Origin: Candidatus Eiseniibacteriota bacterium
GTDB taxonomy: Bacteria; Eisenbacteria; RBG-16-71-46; JABDJR01
Reading direction: 5' to 3'
Length of the DNA: 64,000 bases
Assembly (NCBI GenBank): GCA_963783375.1
Contig: CAWANH010000029.1
Coordinates: forward strand, 448,001 to 512,000
Translations under genes and position numbers: made by a program
Shown here: one piece after another, positions 18,210 through 32,939 of the stretch
How positions within the stretch are numbered: position 1 is the first letter of the stretch
Layout: each line of letters begins with the position of its first letter
The notes under the pieces: generated by a model
What the model saw: only the letters and a program-made list of their open reading frames with translations
Told to the model about the DNA's origin: nothing
The model's database searches: none

Positions 18210-19758
18210 TCACCGATACGTCGCGCGCTGGTGAGCGTCTACGACAAGACCGGTCTGGACGAGCTCGGCCGCGCCCTGGCCTCGGCCGGGGTGGAGGTGG
18301 TCTCCACCGGGGGAACCGCGGCCCGGCTCCGGGAGAGCGGGGTCCGGGTGACCGACGTGAGCGAGGTGACCGGGTTTCCCGAGTGTCTGGACGGACGGGT
18401 GAAGACCCTGCATCCCAAGGTCCACGCCGGGATCCTGGCCGACCGCTCCAAGCCCGAGCACCTCGAGCAGATCCGAAAGCTCGAGGTGGAGCCGATCGAC
18501 CTGGTGGTGGTGAACCTCTATCCCTTCGAGGCGGCGGCGGAGCGCGAGGGCATCGGCCGCGCCGAACTGATCGAGGAGATCGACATCGGGGGGCCGACCA
18601 TCCTCCGGGCCGCGTCCAAGAACGCCGATCACGTGGTGCCGGTGTGCGACCCCGCCGACTATCCCGCGGTGATCGTCGCTCTGGGTGGGGGCGGGATCCC
18701 GGTGGATCTTTCCCGTCGCCTCGCGGCCAAGGTGTTCACCGTCACCGCGGCCTACGATGCGGCCATCGCCGCCCGGCTCGCCCCCGAGCCGGTGGAGCGG
18801 CGGACGCCCTTCCCTCCCGCCTTCCCCTCGGGCTCCGCCGGGTGGCGCAATTGCGCTACGGCGAGAATCCGCACCAGCGCGGGGCCCTCTACCGCCCCGC
18901 CGGCCTGCCCGCCGGACGGGCTGGCCGCCCTGGACCAGCTCCAGGGGAAGGAGCTTTCCTACAACAACTACCTGGATCTCGACGCCGCCTACCGGCTGGC
19001 CGCCGCCTTCACCCTGGGGACCGCGGTGGTGGTGAAGCACCTGAACCCCTGCGGGGTGGGGTTCGACGAGGACGCGGAGAGGGCCTACCGGCGGGCGCTG
19101 GCCGCGGACCCGGTGAGCGCCTTCGGGGGCATCGTGGCCCTCAACCGCCCCCTCACCGCCGCCGCGGCCTCGGCCATGAAGGAGATCTTCCTGGAGTGCA
19201 TCGTGGCCCCGGAGGTGGAGCCGGCCGCCCTGGAGGTGCTGGCGGCCAAGAAGAACCTCCGGGTGGTGACCGCGCGATTCGCCGCCCCGCCCCTGGGGCT
19301 CGAGATCCGTTCGGTGGCCGGGGCCTGGCTGGTGCAGTCGCCGGACGGCCCCCAGGGGGACGTCGAGCGAAAGACCGCCACCCGGCGCGCCGCCGACCCC
19401 GGCGGAAACCGAGGCCCTCGAGCGGGCCTGGATCATGGTCCGCAACGCCAAGTCCAACGCCATCGTGATCGCCGCCGGAGACGGGATGCTGGGTCTGGGC
19501 TGCGGGCAGACCAACCGGGTGGACGCGGTGCGCCAGGCGGCGGAGCGGGCGGACAAGGTGGACGTAAAGCCGGGGGTGAAGGTCCTGGCCTCGGACGCCT
19601 TCTTCCCCTTCCGGGACGGGATCGACGCCGCGGCGGCCGCCGGGGCGACCGCGATCATCCAGCCCGGGGGTTCGATCCGGGACGACGAGGTGATCGCCGC
19701 CGCCGACGAGCACGGCATGGCCATGGTGTTCACGGGAAGGCGTTGTTTCCGACACTGA
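18206..19758 (+). CDS. purH: Bifunctional AICAR transformylase/IMP cyclohydrolase (frameshifted, probably an assembly error)
   Basis: 'SVYDKTG', 'STGGT', 'GRVKTLHP', 'IDIGGPT', 'LRYGENPHQ', 'GKELSYNN', 'KH.NPCG', 'KSNAIV', 'ASDAFFPF.D', 'IIQPGGS.RD', 'R.FRH' across several frames. Confidence 0.9.
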
Positions 19759-19869
19759 TCGTTTTCGAGACGGTTTCGACACCACAGAAAACCTATCGGA
19801 ATCGCCGCTCCGGGGCCCGCCGGCCTCGGAACGGGCGGCGGTTCCCGGACGTCCCGGGAGACGCCCCCC

Positions 19870-21401
19870 ATGATCCTGGTCCTCGACTTCGGGTCCCAGT
19901 TCACCCAGCTCATCGCCCGCCGGGTGCGGGAGCAGAGGGTCTACTGCGAGATCCATCCCTTCTCGATGCCCCTGGAGGAGATCCGGAAGCGCCGGCCGGC
20001 GGGGATCGTCCTCTCCGGCGGCCCGTCCAGCGTGTACGCGGCCGACGGCCCCCGCCCCGACCCGGGGGTGTACGGGCTGGGGGTGCCGGTGCTCGGGATC
20101 TGCTACGGGCTCCAGACGATGATCCACCACGAAGGCGGGGGCGTGGAGCGGGTAGGGCAGGGGGAGTACGGGCGGACGCCGGTGCACCTCACCGAGTCCG
20201 CCGGCCCGCTCTTCGAGGGACTGCCCGGGACCCTGACCACCTGGATGAGCCACGGCGACTCGGTCACCCGGCTCCCCGCGGGGTTCCGGCGCGAGGCGGC
20301 CACCGCCGACGGCATCGTGGCTGCGGTGGGGGACGAGACCCGCCGGTTCTACGGCCTCCAGTTCCACCCCGAGGTGGCCCACACCGAGCACGGGTCCGAG
20401 CTTCTGGCCAACTTCCTCTTCCGGGTGTGCCGGGCGGAGGCGGACTGGAATCTGGAGGACTTCGGGGAGCGCGCGGTGCGGCGGATCCGCGAGACGGTGG
20501 GGGAGGCGGGGATCGTGTGCGGGCTCTCCGGCGGGGTGGATTCCGCGGTGGTGGCCACCCTGGTCCACCAGGCGGTGGGGGACCGGCTCACCTGTGTCTT
20601 CGTGGACCACGGCCTTCTCCGGAAGAACGAGGCCGACGAGGTCATGCGGGTCCTGGACTCCGGCTTCGGGCTCCGCATCGTCCGGGTGGACGCCGCGGAC
20701 CGGTTTCTGGACAAGCTCGAGGGGGTCGCCGACCCCGAACGAAAGCGGAAGATCATCGGGGAGGAGTTCATCCGGGTGTTCGAGGCGGAGGCCCGGAAGC
20801 TGGCCGGGGTGCGGCTTCCTCGCCCAGGGCACGCTGTACCCCGACGTGATCGAGAGCGTCTCGGTGGCCGGACCCTCGGCCCGCATCAAGTCCCACCACA
20901 ACGTGGGCGGGCTGCCCGAGCGGATGGACCTCGCCCTGGTCGAGCCGGTGCGGGAGCTGTTCAAGGACGAGGTGCGCGAACTGGGGCGGGGTCTGGGCCT
21001 TCCCGAGACGGTGATCGGGCGCCACCCGTTCCCGGGACCGGGTCTGGCGGTGCGCATCCTGGGGGCGGTCACCCGCGAGCAGGTGGCGACCCTCCAGGAG
21101 GCGGACCGGATCTACATCGAGGAGCTCCGACGGGCCGGGCTCTACGACGCCATCTGGCAGGCCTTCGCGGTGCTGCTTCCGGTGCGCTCGGTGGGGGTGA
21201 TGGGGGACGAGCGCACCTACGGGAACGTGGTGGCGCTCCGCGCGGTGACCAGCGTGGACGGGATGACCGCGGACTGGTTCCCGCATGCCCGCCGAGGTCC
21301 TGGGCCGGATCGCCAACCGCATCGTCAACACGTTGCCGGGGGTGAACCGCGTCGTCTACGATGTGACCTCGAAGCCTCCCGCCACCATCGAGTGGGAGTG
21401 A
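19870..21401 (+). CDS. guaA: GMP synthase (glutamine-hydrolyzing) (frameshifts near 20812 and 21285)
   Basis: '[14 protein letters not shown]', 'GICYG.Q', 'QFHPEV', 'LSGGVDS', '[14 protein letters not shown]', 'IKSHHNVGG', 'RHPFPGPGL', terminal '[10 protein letters not shown]'. Confidence 0.9.
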
Positions 21402-21408
21402 TCGGGCG

Positions 21409-24107
21409 ATGCGGATACCGGATGAACCACATGCTGAAACGAGTCCTCCCGGGCGGTCGCGACGGCGCTCTGCGTCGCCGGGGCGTGCCTGGCCCCGGTG
21501 CTCGCGTCCGCGGGCGGGGTTGACCCCGGCGCGGGCGCGCTCCGGGCCCCGCGTCCCCGATCCGCCCCCGGATCTCCGTCCCCCCGCCGCCCCCGGCGCC
21601 CGCGCGCCCGGCCTCCGGTTCTTCCGCCTGACCCCGCCACCGCCGACACCGTCTACCGGCTCCTGGCGGTCCCGGTGCGCTTCCCCGAGGACGCCGACCT
21701 GGGCGCCACCCCGGGCGAGCTCGCCGCCCGCCTGAACGGCGGGGACCCGGCGAGCCTCGCCGGCTACTGGAGCGCGGCCACCTACGGGCGCATCCAGTTT
21801 CGAGGTGACGGTGGCCCCCGTCGTGACCGCCGCCCACTCCCGCGCCTACTACACCGCGGAGGGGGCCGGAAACACCGGCTACGGGATCGACCCCGAGGCC
21901 TATCCCCACAACTCCCAGGGCCTGGTGGCCGAGGTCACCGCCGCCCTGGCCGACCGCGTCGATTTCCGCGGCTACGACAATACCGGGGACGGGATCGCCG
22001 ACGGACTCCTCATCCTCCACTCCGGACCGGCGGCGCCCGAGATCATCGATCCCCAGCTCCCGCGGACGGTGATGCTGGCCCACGCCTTCACCCTTCCCGG
22101 GTCGCGACGCGCGGGGCGGGGACGGTGTTCCCCTACGCGGTGGTCTCCGCCCGCGATCCGATCGGCCCCTGGGCCCATGAGACCGGACACCTCCTGGGGC
22201 TGGTGGATCTCTACGTGACCAACCCGCTCTGTCCGGGGGAAGGCCTGGGCGACGTGGTCGCTCATGGCCACCGGGGCGAACCGGGACGGCGGGCGCTCGC
22301 CCACCGGGCTCGACGCCATGAGCCGGGAGATCCTGGGGTTCGAGCCGACCTACGCCCCCGCCGCGGGCCCGCTGGCGGTGACCGGCGGGTCCTTCGCCCG
22401 GGTGTTCCGGGCCGGCGAGGCCCGCGGACCGCGCTACTTCCTGGTGGAGCGGCGAGACGGCGCGGACGGGCTCCCGGTTCCCGAGGCGGCCACGCTGATC
22501 CTGTACGTGGACGAGGCCGCGGTGGACAACCGGAACTGCCTCCGGCTTCTGGCCGCGGTTCGGGCCGCGGCCTGCGCGGGATCCGGAACCTGCGACGAGG
22601 TCCTGACCGACGACACCGCCCCCGATCTCCGGGACGGGGACGGGAACCCCACCGGCTTGGTGCTCCGCGCCGGCGGCGACGGGGTGACGGTGAGCTACGC
22701 GGGAAACCCGCCCCTGCGCCTGGAGTCGGTGCGGCTCCTCGACCCGCGCGACTCCGGGGGGACCGCGGCCCGGGTGCAGCCCCTGGCGATCACGGTGCGA
22801 AACCTCTCCGACGCTCCCCGCGGCGTGACCCTCGCCGTGGCCCCCGCGCGGCGGGCGCGCTCTGCGCCGCCGAGGAAGGGACGCCGGGGCTGGGGACGAT
22901 TCCGGCGGGAGGCACCGCCACCGACACGAGCTGGGTGCTCCTCGCCTGCGCCGGCTCCGGCGCGGTTCCCGAGCGACGGAGACCTTCGAGGTGTCCGTGG
23001 CCTCGGTCGGGGCGGGCCCGCGGCCCGGACAGCCTGGCGCTGGCCGCGGGGGGCTTCGGCCTCCCCGGCGACCGGCTGGCCGGGTTCACCGCGGTCAACC
23101 TCGCCGCTCCGCGCCGGAACCCGTGGTCCTGGGACGGATCGGCGTGGCGGGCCGCCGACATCCGGCCCCTGGCCGACGCCGAGATCGTGAGCCCCTGGTT
23201 CACCGTCCCCGAGGACGCCGCCCTGGTGGTGGACCACGGCTGGACCCTGGACGCCCTGGCCCCGGACGCGGCCCTCGATGCCGGCCGGGTGGAGATCGAG
23301 GATCAGACCGGGGTCAAGGCAACGCTGCTCCCGCCCGGGGGGTGGGGGTTCACCGCGGAGCGGGGAACCGGGAACGCCCTCGGCGGGCTCGACGTGCTCT
23401 CGGGGGACGGGGACCGGATCCACGTGATCGATCTGACCCCTTATGGACGGCGCACGGTGCGGTTGGCGTTCCGGGCCGCCGGGGACGTGGACCTCTCCGG
23501 AAGCCGGTGGACGATCCGCGGGGCGCGGGTCCTCGCCTCGCCCCCGGTGGGCTTCACCTTGAGCGAGGCCCGGCGGGGAGCCGCCGGTTTCTCGCCGTGG
23601 CCGACCGGCCGGTGGAGGCGGGCACCGGGTTGATCCTCTATGGTGGGCGTCTCGCCGTCACCGCGACCGGGGTGGTCGGGACGGGCGGCGCCGCCGAAGC
23701 GGACACCTTCCAGGCCCCGGCGGATCCGTGGCTCCGGCGCTTCGAGCTGGTGTGGATCGATTCCCGGGGACGGGGGGGAACGCGGGTGTTGACCACCGGG
23801 CCTTCGCTCGTGTCCGGTCCCGCGCTCTTCGCCGCCCCCAACCCGTTCCACCGCGGGGAGACCCAGACCTGGGCGGCGAGCCTCTCCGAGGGGTCCGCCG
23901 GGGGGCGCTTCGTCTTCCAGGTGATCGACGTCGCGGGGCGGCGGCGGGCGGAGCGGAGCGTGGTGATCGCGGTTCCCGGACCGCTTCTCGGTCGCCTGGG
24001 ACGGCCGGGACGCGGAGGGAAGGGAGCTCGCGGCCGGGGTGTACTTCCTGCGGATGGCGCGGCCGGACGGCGGAGCGGCGGTTCGCCGGATCGTGCTCCT
24101 TCCGTGA
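21409..24107 (+). CDS. Secreted M6-family (immune inhibitor A-like) metalloprotease with C-terminal FlgD-Ig/T9SS-like domain (multiply frameshifted)
   Basis: 'V.V.FP.D', 'VDF..YD..GDG..D...I.HSG', zinc motif '[12 protein letters not shown]' (22176-22190), 'LMA.G', C-terminal 'PNPF..DVAGR..WDG.D..G..L.AGVYF.R'. Start uncertain. Confidence 0.7.
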
Positions 24108-24176
24108 AGCGCGCGCGGTGGACCACCCGGGGCCGCAACCGGAAACGCCCATGAACGTCTTCCCGGAAAGGCACCC

Positions 24177-26638
24177 ATGCACCTGAGGCGAAACATCGTC
24201 CTGGCCGGCGCGGGGCTGGCGGTGGTCCTGGCCTGGTTCGGGCTCTCGGGCGAGGCCCCGCCGGTCCCGGACCCCGGGGGCCCGCCGGCGCGCCGGCGGA
24301 TAGCCTGGCCGCGCCTCCCTCGACCCGGTGGGGATCCTGACCGCCCTCGACTCGACGGCGTCGGCGGGACGGGCCCTGGCCCTGGCCATGTTCGCCGGGG
24401 ATTCGAGCGGCATGGTCGAGGCCTCGGCGGTTCGATCCCGGGCCATGGATCGGCTGGAGCGCGCCGCCCGGGCCCCCGATGTCATCCTTCGCATGCCCTG
24501 GCCCGACCGCGTCCGCTGGCTCTCCCGCGCCCTGGAGGAGCAGCGTGTGGACTGGTCCCGGGCGCTTCTCCGGGGGCTCGGGGACCGCCTCCCCGAAGCG
24601 GGGTCGGGCAACGCGGGGCCGGCCGGCCTGGCCGTGGCCCTGTCCCGGATCGCGGTGGCCGGGGCGGACGCCGAAGACGGGCGGCAGGCAGCGGGAACCG
24701 CTCCGGGGAGGCGCCGCCGCCGCCGATTCCAACGGGGTGGGGGACGCCCTCCGGATGGCCGCCGGGGCGCGGGACTTCCGCTCCGGGACGAGGCGCTCTA
24801 CCGGCTGTGGGCGGACGCGGAGGCGGAGGGGGACACCGCGGCCGCCCTGGCCTGGGCGGACAGCCTGGTGGCCGCCGCGCCCCGGAGCCTGCGGACCCCG
24901 TCGGTCCGGCTCACCCGGGCCCGGGCGCTTCTCGCCGCCGGGGCGGCCGGCGGAGGCGGTGGCCGAGGCCCGCCTGGCCCTCCCCGGGGCCGACTCCGCC
25001 GCCCTGCGCTGCGTTCGTGGCCCGGGCGCTCCTCCGCCTCGGCTTCGTCCGGCGAGGCCGCCTTCGAGCTCGAAACCCTGATCGGCAACTACGGCGGCGA
25101 CCCCCTGGCCACCGACGCCTACGCCCTGCGCCTCCGCCTGGTCGAGCGCGGGCAGCGAGCTCTACCCCGGGTGGAGAATCGTCTCGATCTCCGAACGCGC
25201 TCCTGGCCCGGCCGGAGAGCGGCGCCCTGGAGCGCATGCGGGCCGTGGCCGACAGCGCCGCCCTCGCCCCAGCCGGTGCGCGAGTAGGCGGCGCTCCTCC
25301 TGGGCTGTTTCTACCGGGCCAAGCGATACCCCGAGGCCGAGCCGCTCCTCGGGGTCTCGTGGATCCCCGCTGCGGAAATCGCGCGGGAAGCCGGTCTCAT
25401 CCTGGCCCGCATCCTGCGCAACACCGGGCGGGTGAAACCCATGACGCGGGCTATCGCGCGCTCATGAAGACGGCGGGGGGAACCGGGGCCACCGCGGCCT
25501 GGGAACTGGGCCGGGAGATGGAGAGCCTCGGCCGGTGGAAGGAGGCGGCGCGGGTCTACGGCGAGTTGATCGCGCCTATCCCGGTCACTCCCATGCCCGG
25601 GACGCGCTCTTCCGCCGCGGTTTCAACCGGGTGCGGCTCGGGCACGTCAGGGAAGCGGTGGAGGACTTCCGCGCCGCCTATCGCGCCTCCATCCTGGCGC
25701 CGGATCAGGAACAGGCGGGATTCTGGCTGGCCCGGACCCTGAAGCCCTGGGGCGGGAGGCCGAGGCCCGGGAGGCGGCGGTGTCGGGGCCTGGCGGACCG
25801 CGCCCACGGACTACTACGGCGTCCGGTATACCGGGAGGGTTCGGGCCCGAGGGTCCCGAGCTCCCCCGGAGGGCCGCCCTTCGCCGGCGGACGAGGGCTG
25901 GACGTGCTGGGCGATGCGGAGTGGAGCGGCCCCCTCCGGGAGGCCTTCGCCGGGGGCTCGACCTGGCCCGGCTGGGGGTGATCGACGAGGCGCGGCGGGA
26001 ATGGGGACGGGCGGCCGTCCTCGGCGCGGAGACCCCCGCCGCTATCCAGGCCCTGGCCCTGGCCGCCGCCGTTCATGATATCTACCCCGAGGCGGTGCAC
26101 TGGGCCAGACACTCGGGGATGGGGCTCCCGGTCACCTCCGGGATGCGGACCGGCTTCGATCGCCTCACCTTTCCCGCCGCCTACTACGGCAACGTGAGGC
26201 GGGCGGGGGCGGCGGTCGGGATGGAGCCGGAGATCCTCTGGGCGATGATGCGTCAGGAGAGTCTCTACGATCCCCTGGCCGTGTCCCGGGCGGGCGCGAT
26301 CGGGTCTGCTCCAGATCATGCCGGGGACCCTGGGCCGGATCACCGCGGAGGCCGGGATCGATCCGCTGCCGGTGGCCGCGCTCTACCGCTCCGACGTGAA
26401 CGTCGATCTGGGCGCGCGCTTCTTCGCCGACCGGCTGGCCGAGTTCGGGGGCGACCTCCTTCCCGCTCTGGCCAGCTACAACGCGGGGGAGGCCAAGGCC
26501 CGCGAATGGATGGAGCGGGCGGACGGCGACTCGGCGGAGGTGTTCGTGGAGTGCATCGGCTATCCTGAGACCTACAGCTATGTCCGACGAATCGTCTGGC
26601 TGGCCTGGGTCTATCGGGACTACTACACCGCGAGGTGA
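24177..26638 (+). CDS. Slt70-like soluble lytic transglycosylase (TPR + SLT; multiply frameshifted)
   Basis: 'FP.AY', 'AMMRQES.YDP.AVSRAGA.G..Q.MP.T', 'N..LG..F', 'ASYNAG', 'FVE.I.YPET..YV' over several frames. Confidence 0.75.
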
Positions 26639-26671
26639 GTCCGGCGAATATCGGTATTCTGGAGGGCGAGC

Positions 26672-28862
26672 ATGCCGCTTACCGCACGCTGCCATAGCCT
26701 TCGCCCCGAACGCCATTCGGGGTGGCTGGCCTTCTTCGAGCTTTCCCCCACGGGCACGCGCTCGGGCCATTTCCTGGTGGTCGGACCTTCCGAGGCCTCG
26801 GGGGAACGGGAACGCGAGGCGGCGCTCCGGGCCGGGCAGGCCGCGGTTCGGTACCTGAAGGAGATCCCCGAGAACGCGCCCGACCTCACGGTCCTGGAGT
26901 CCACCTTCCGGGTGATGAAGCACGAGGCGCGGGCGGCGGGAGTTCAGCTCGAGTTCGGCTGCGCGGTGCTGGACCGCGACCAGCTCTGGTTCCACACCGA
27001 GGGGCGGGTGCGGCTGGTGCCGCTCTCGCCCGAGACCGGACGCCCCCTCGACGCCGAGATCCCCCTGGCCGCTCCGGTGGCCGCGGGGACGCGGTTCTTC
27101 CTCGGCCGGCTTCCCCTGAGCGGAGAGGCGGACCGGGCGTCCCGGGATTTCCTCGCCCGGCTCGAGCACGGCGGGGGTGGGGACGGCGGCCTGGTGATCG
27201 CCTTCGCCGAGGGGCCGGGGCCCCGGGTGGTGGAGGGCGCGCATCGGAGGGAGCCCGCCTCGAGAGCCCGCCGCGGCGCCGGTTTCCGAGCCCCTCCCCG
27301 ACGCTCCCGAGCCCGCCGCCGCGGGCCCCTCCACCCCACCGCCGGCCCCCGAGCCCGACCCCGGCTCAGAGGAGTCCGCTCCGGCGCCCCCGGAGAGTGC
27401 CGCGCCCTTCGACGCCCTGGTGAGCGAGCTTCAGCAGACCTTCACCTTCGACCCCGGGGGGGGAAAGAGCCCGGAGGCCGAATCCGAAGCCCAATCCGGA
27501 GCCGAATCGAAAGCGTGGTCGGATGCGGACGCCGGATCCGAAACCGGCGAGGACAGCGGGCCCGAGGACGACGTTGCTTCCGTCGAGCCGGTCGTTCCGG
27601 AGACGGCTCCGGAGTCCGTCGAACCCTCAGGGATTCCCGCGGAAGCGCCCGCCGGCGTGACTCCCGCCGTTGCGGACCGGGATCTCTACGCGCCCGAGGA
27701 GCGGCGCGGCCTGGGTTTCTGGGTGAGCCTGGTGGCGGCGGCGTTGGCCCTCGCGCTTCTGATCGCCTATTTGGTCGTGGTCCGGCCTCACCTGGGGCGC
27801 AGCGACGGGCCGCCGTCCGGCGCCTCCGCGACGGAGGGGGAATCGGCCCCGAACGTCCAGGCGGAAAACGCTCTTCTCGACCAGGTCACCGCCACCGTGC
27901 TCTGGGAGGACCGCTTCGATCGCCCGATCACCTCCAGTCCGCTGGTGGCCGGAAGCGCGGTCATCTTCGGCTGTCGCGACGGCCGAGTCTACGCCCTGGA
28001 GAAGGACAGCGGGGAACGGCTCTGGGCCTACGCGGCCCCGGAGGGATTCGGATCGTCTCCCGCCGTGTCCGAGAGCACGGTGGTGATCGGCGGGTACGAC
28101 GGCCGGCTCTACGCCCTCGATCTGGCCACCGGCGGCGAGCGCTGGAGCGTGGCCACCTCGGGACGCATCGTGGCTTCTCCCGCGGTGGACGCCGAGCGCG
28201 CGTACGTCGGCTCCTACGATCGAAACCTCTACGCGGTGCGGCTGGACGACGGGCGCGTCCGGTGGAAGCGGGACCTGGGATCGGTGCAGTGGTCGAGTCC
28301 GGTGGTGGCGGGGGAAACGGTGGTTTCCTGCGGGCTGGACGGCAAGGTGTCCGCCCTCGACGCCGCCACCGGCCGGATCCGGTGGGAGGCCCAGGCCGGA
28401 GACGCGATCTACGGCTCGCCGGTGGTGGCCAAGGATCAGCTGGTGGTGGGTTCGGTGGACCACAACCTCTACGCCTTCGACCTGGCCACCGGCGCCGAGA
28501 CCTGGCGCGTGGACCTCGGAAGTCCGGTCAACGGCTCCCCGGCCTACCAGGAGGGACGGGTCGTGGTGGGAACCGGATCCGGAACGGTGTACGGGGTGGA
28601 CCTGGAGCTGGGGAAGACGGTGTGGAAGGTCCCCACCGGGGGCAAGGTGAAGAGCCGCCCCGCCTTCTTCGGGCGCACGGTCTGGGTGAGCGGCTACGAC
28701 GGCTTCCTTCACGGGATCGAATGGCTCACCGGGTCCGAGGCCGCCCGGATCGAGGTCGACTCCTCGATGTACTCGTCCCCCGCGGTGGAGAATGGAACCG
28801 CTTATCTCGGGGCGATGGACGGTCGGTTTCTCGCCGTCCGGCTGGGGCTCAAGGCATCCTGA
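26672..28862 (+). CDS. Membrane protein: degenerate PP2C-like N-domain, Pro/Glu linker, TM, PQQ-like (BamB-type) beta-propeller (one frameshift near 27260)
   Basis: The frame of ORF 27420..28862 continues upstream as a P/E/A-rich linker (PVSEPLPDAPEP...FDALVSEL). TM 'FWVSLVAAALALALLIAYLVVV'; repeated 'SSP.V....V..G..DG.(L/V)YA.D..(S/T)G...W' blades. Confidence 0.7.
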
Positions 28863-28948
28863 CCCCGAAGGGATCCGGGCGGGGAACCGGCCCCGCGGCG
28901 GGAAGGCCGGGGCGCTCCCGGGGTAGAAGGGGGGGGCAGGCCCGAGTC

Positions 28949-28977
28949 TTGCCGGCACCCACCGACTTTGCTAAGTT
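28949..28977 (+). promoter_or_regulatory. Candidate sigma70 promoter of secA
   Basis: TTGCCG-17 nt-TAAGTT with an extended TG. Confidence 0.4.
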
Positions 28978-29036
28978 AGACTGTTTGCGACTTTTGCGGC
29001 GGTTCACCGTCCCACGTTCAGGAGAACGAGAAGCCC

Positions 29037-32060
<3,024 letters not shown>

Positions 32061-32084
32061 TCCCCCCCGTGCCGCGGCCCGGGT

Positions 32085-32918
32085 TCAGAAGAGTGCCGAG
32101 GAGAGCTTCCGCCGGTACTCCTGGGTGATCGGATGCTCGGGGCCGAGGAGATCGAATACCGCCAGCGACGCGCGCCGCGCGCCGTCCTCGTCCAGGCCCC
32201 GGTCGCTTCTCACCACGTCCAGAAAGGCGTCGAGGGCCCGGGCGAAGTCGCCCACCGCCACCGCCTCCGCCCCCTCCCGGTAGCGGGTCGCCACCTCGGG
32301 ACTTCCTCCGCCGGGCCCCTCGAACCCCGGGAGCCCGCGCGTCCACCCCACCAGCCGGGCCAGGACCCGGAGGTTTTCGGCTTCCGGGTAGACCGGATCG
32401 CCGTCGGCGACCGGATCCAGGATCTCCCGCACCCGGGCCGGATCGGCGGGGAACCGGAGACGGGCGAAGAGGAGCCTGGCATCGCCGTCGGCGGGGTCGG
32501 CGGCCAGCGCGCTCTCCAGGAGGCGCGCCGCCTCGTCCCGCCGCCCTTCGGCCAGGGCCGCTCGGGCCGACTCCACCACCCCGGGCTCCATCCCGGGAAG
32601 ATGTTCGGTCAGCCAGGAACGGACCTGGTCCTCGGGGAGCGCGCCGCTGAACGCGTCCACCGGCTCGCCCCCCTCGAACAGGATCACGGTGGGAATGCCG
32701 GTGATGCCGAAGGCCCCGGCCACGTCGGGATGGGCCTCGGTGTCCACCTTGACCAGGTCCCATGCCCCCGCGGCCTCATCGGCCAGTTTCTCCAGGGTCG
32801 GACCGAGGATGCGACAGGGCCCGCACCACGCCGCCCAGAAGTCCACCACCACCGGAACCGTGCGGCTCCGGTCGAGGACCTCCTTGGCGAAATCGGCTTT
32901 CAGATCGAGCACCGCCAT
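32085..32918 (-). CDS. Thioredoxin-TPR co-chaperone (CnoX/YbbN family)
   Basis: 'VVVDFWAAWCGPC..LGP.LEK', TPR region, terminal 'YRRKLSSALF'. Confidence 0.9.
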   Translation of the reverse strand: MAVLDLKADFAKEVLDRSRTVPVVVDFWAAWCGPCRILGPTLEKLADEAAGAWDLVKVDTEAHPDVAGAFGITGIPTVILFEGGEPVDAFSGALPEDQVRSWLTEHLPGMEPGVVESARAALAEGRRDEAARLLESALAADPADGDARLLFARLRFPADPARVREILDPVADGDPVYPEAENLRVLARLVGWTRGLPGFEGPGGGSPEVATRYREGAEAVAVGDFARALDAFLDVVRSDRGLDEDGARRASLAVFDLLGPEHPITQEYRRKLSSALF

Positions 32919-32939
32919 GAACGCCTCACCGCCTTCCGG

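Noticed and set aside
19759-19869. Possible purine riboswitch before guaA
   Set aside because: There is only a GTTTCGAC resemblance; the TATAA, ATATGG and CCGTAAA elements are missing.
17269-21401. Programmed frameshifting or true pseudogenes in purC, purH and guaA
   Set aside because: There are multiple shifts per gene at unrelated sites across neighbouring unrelated genes; assembly error is far more parsimonious.
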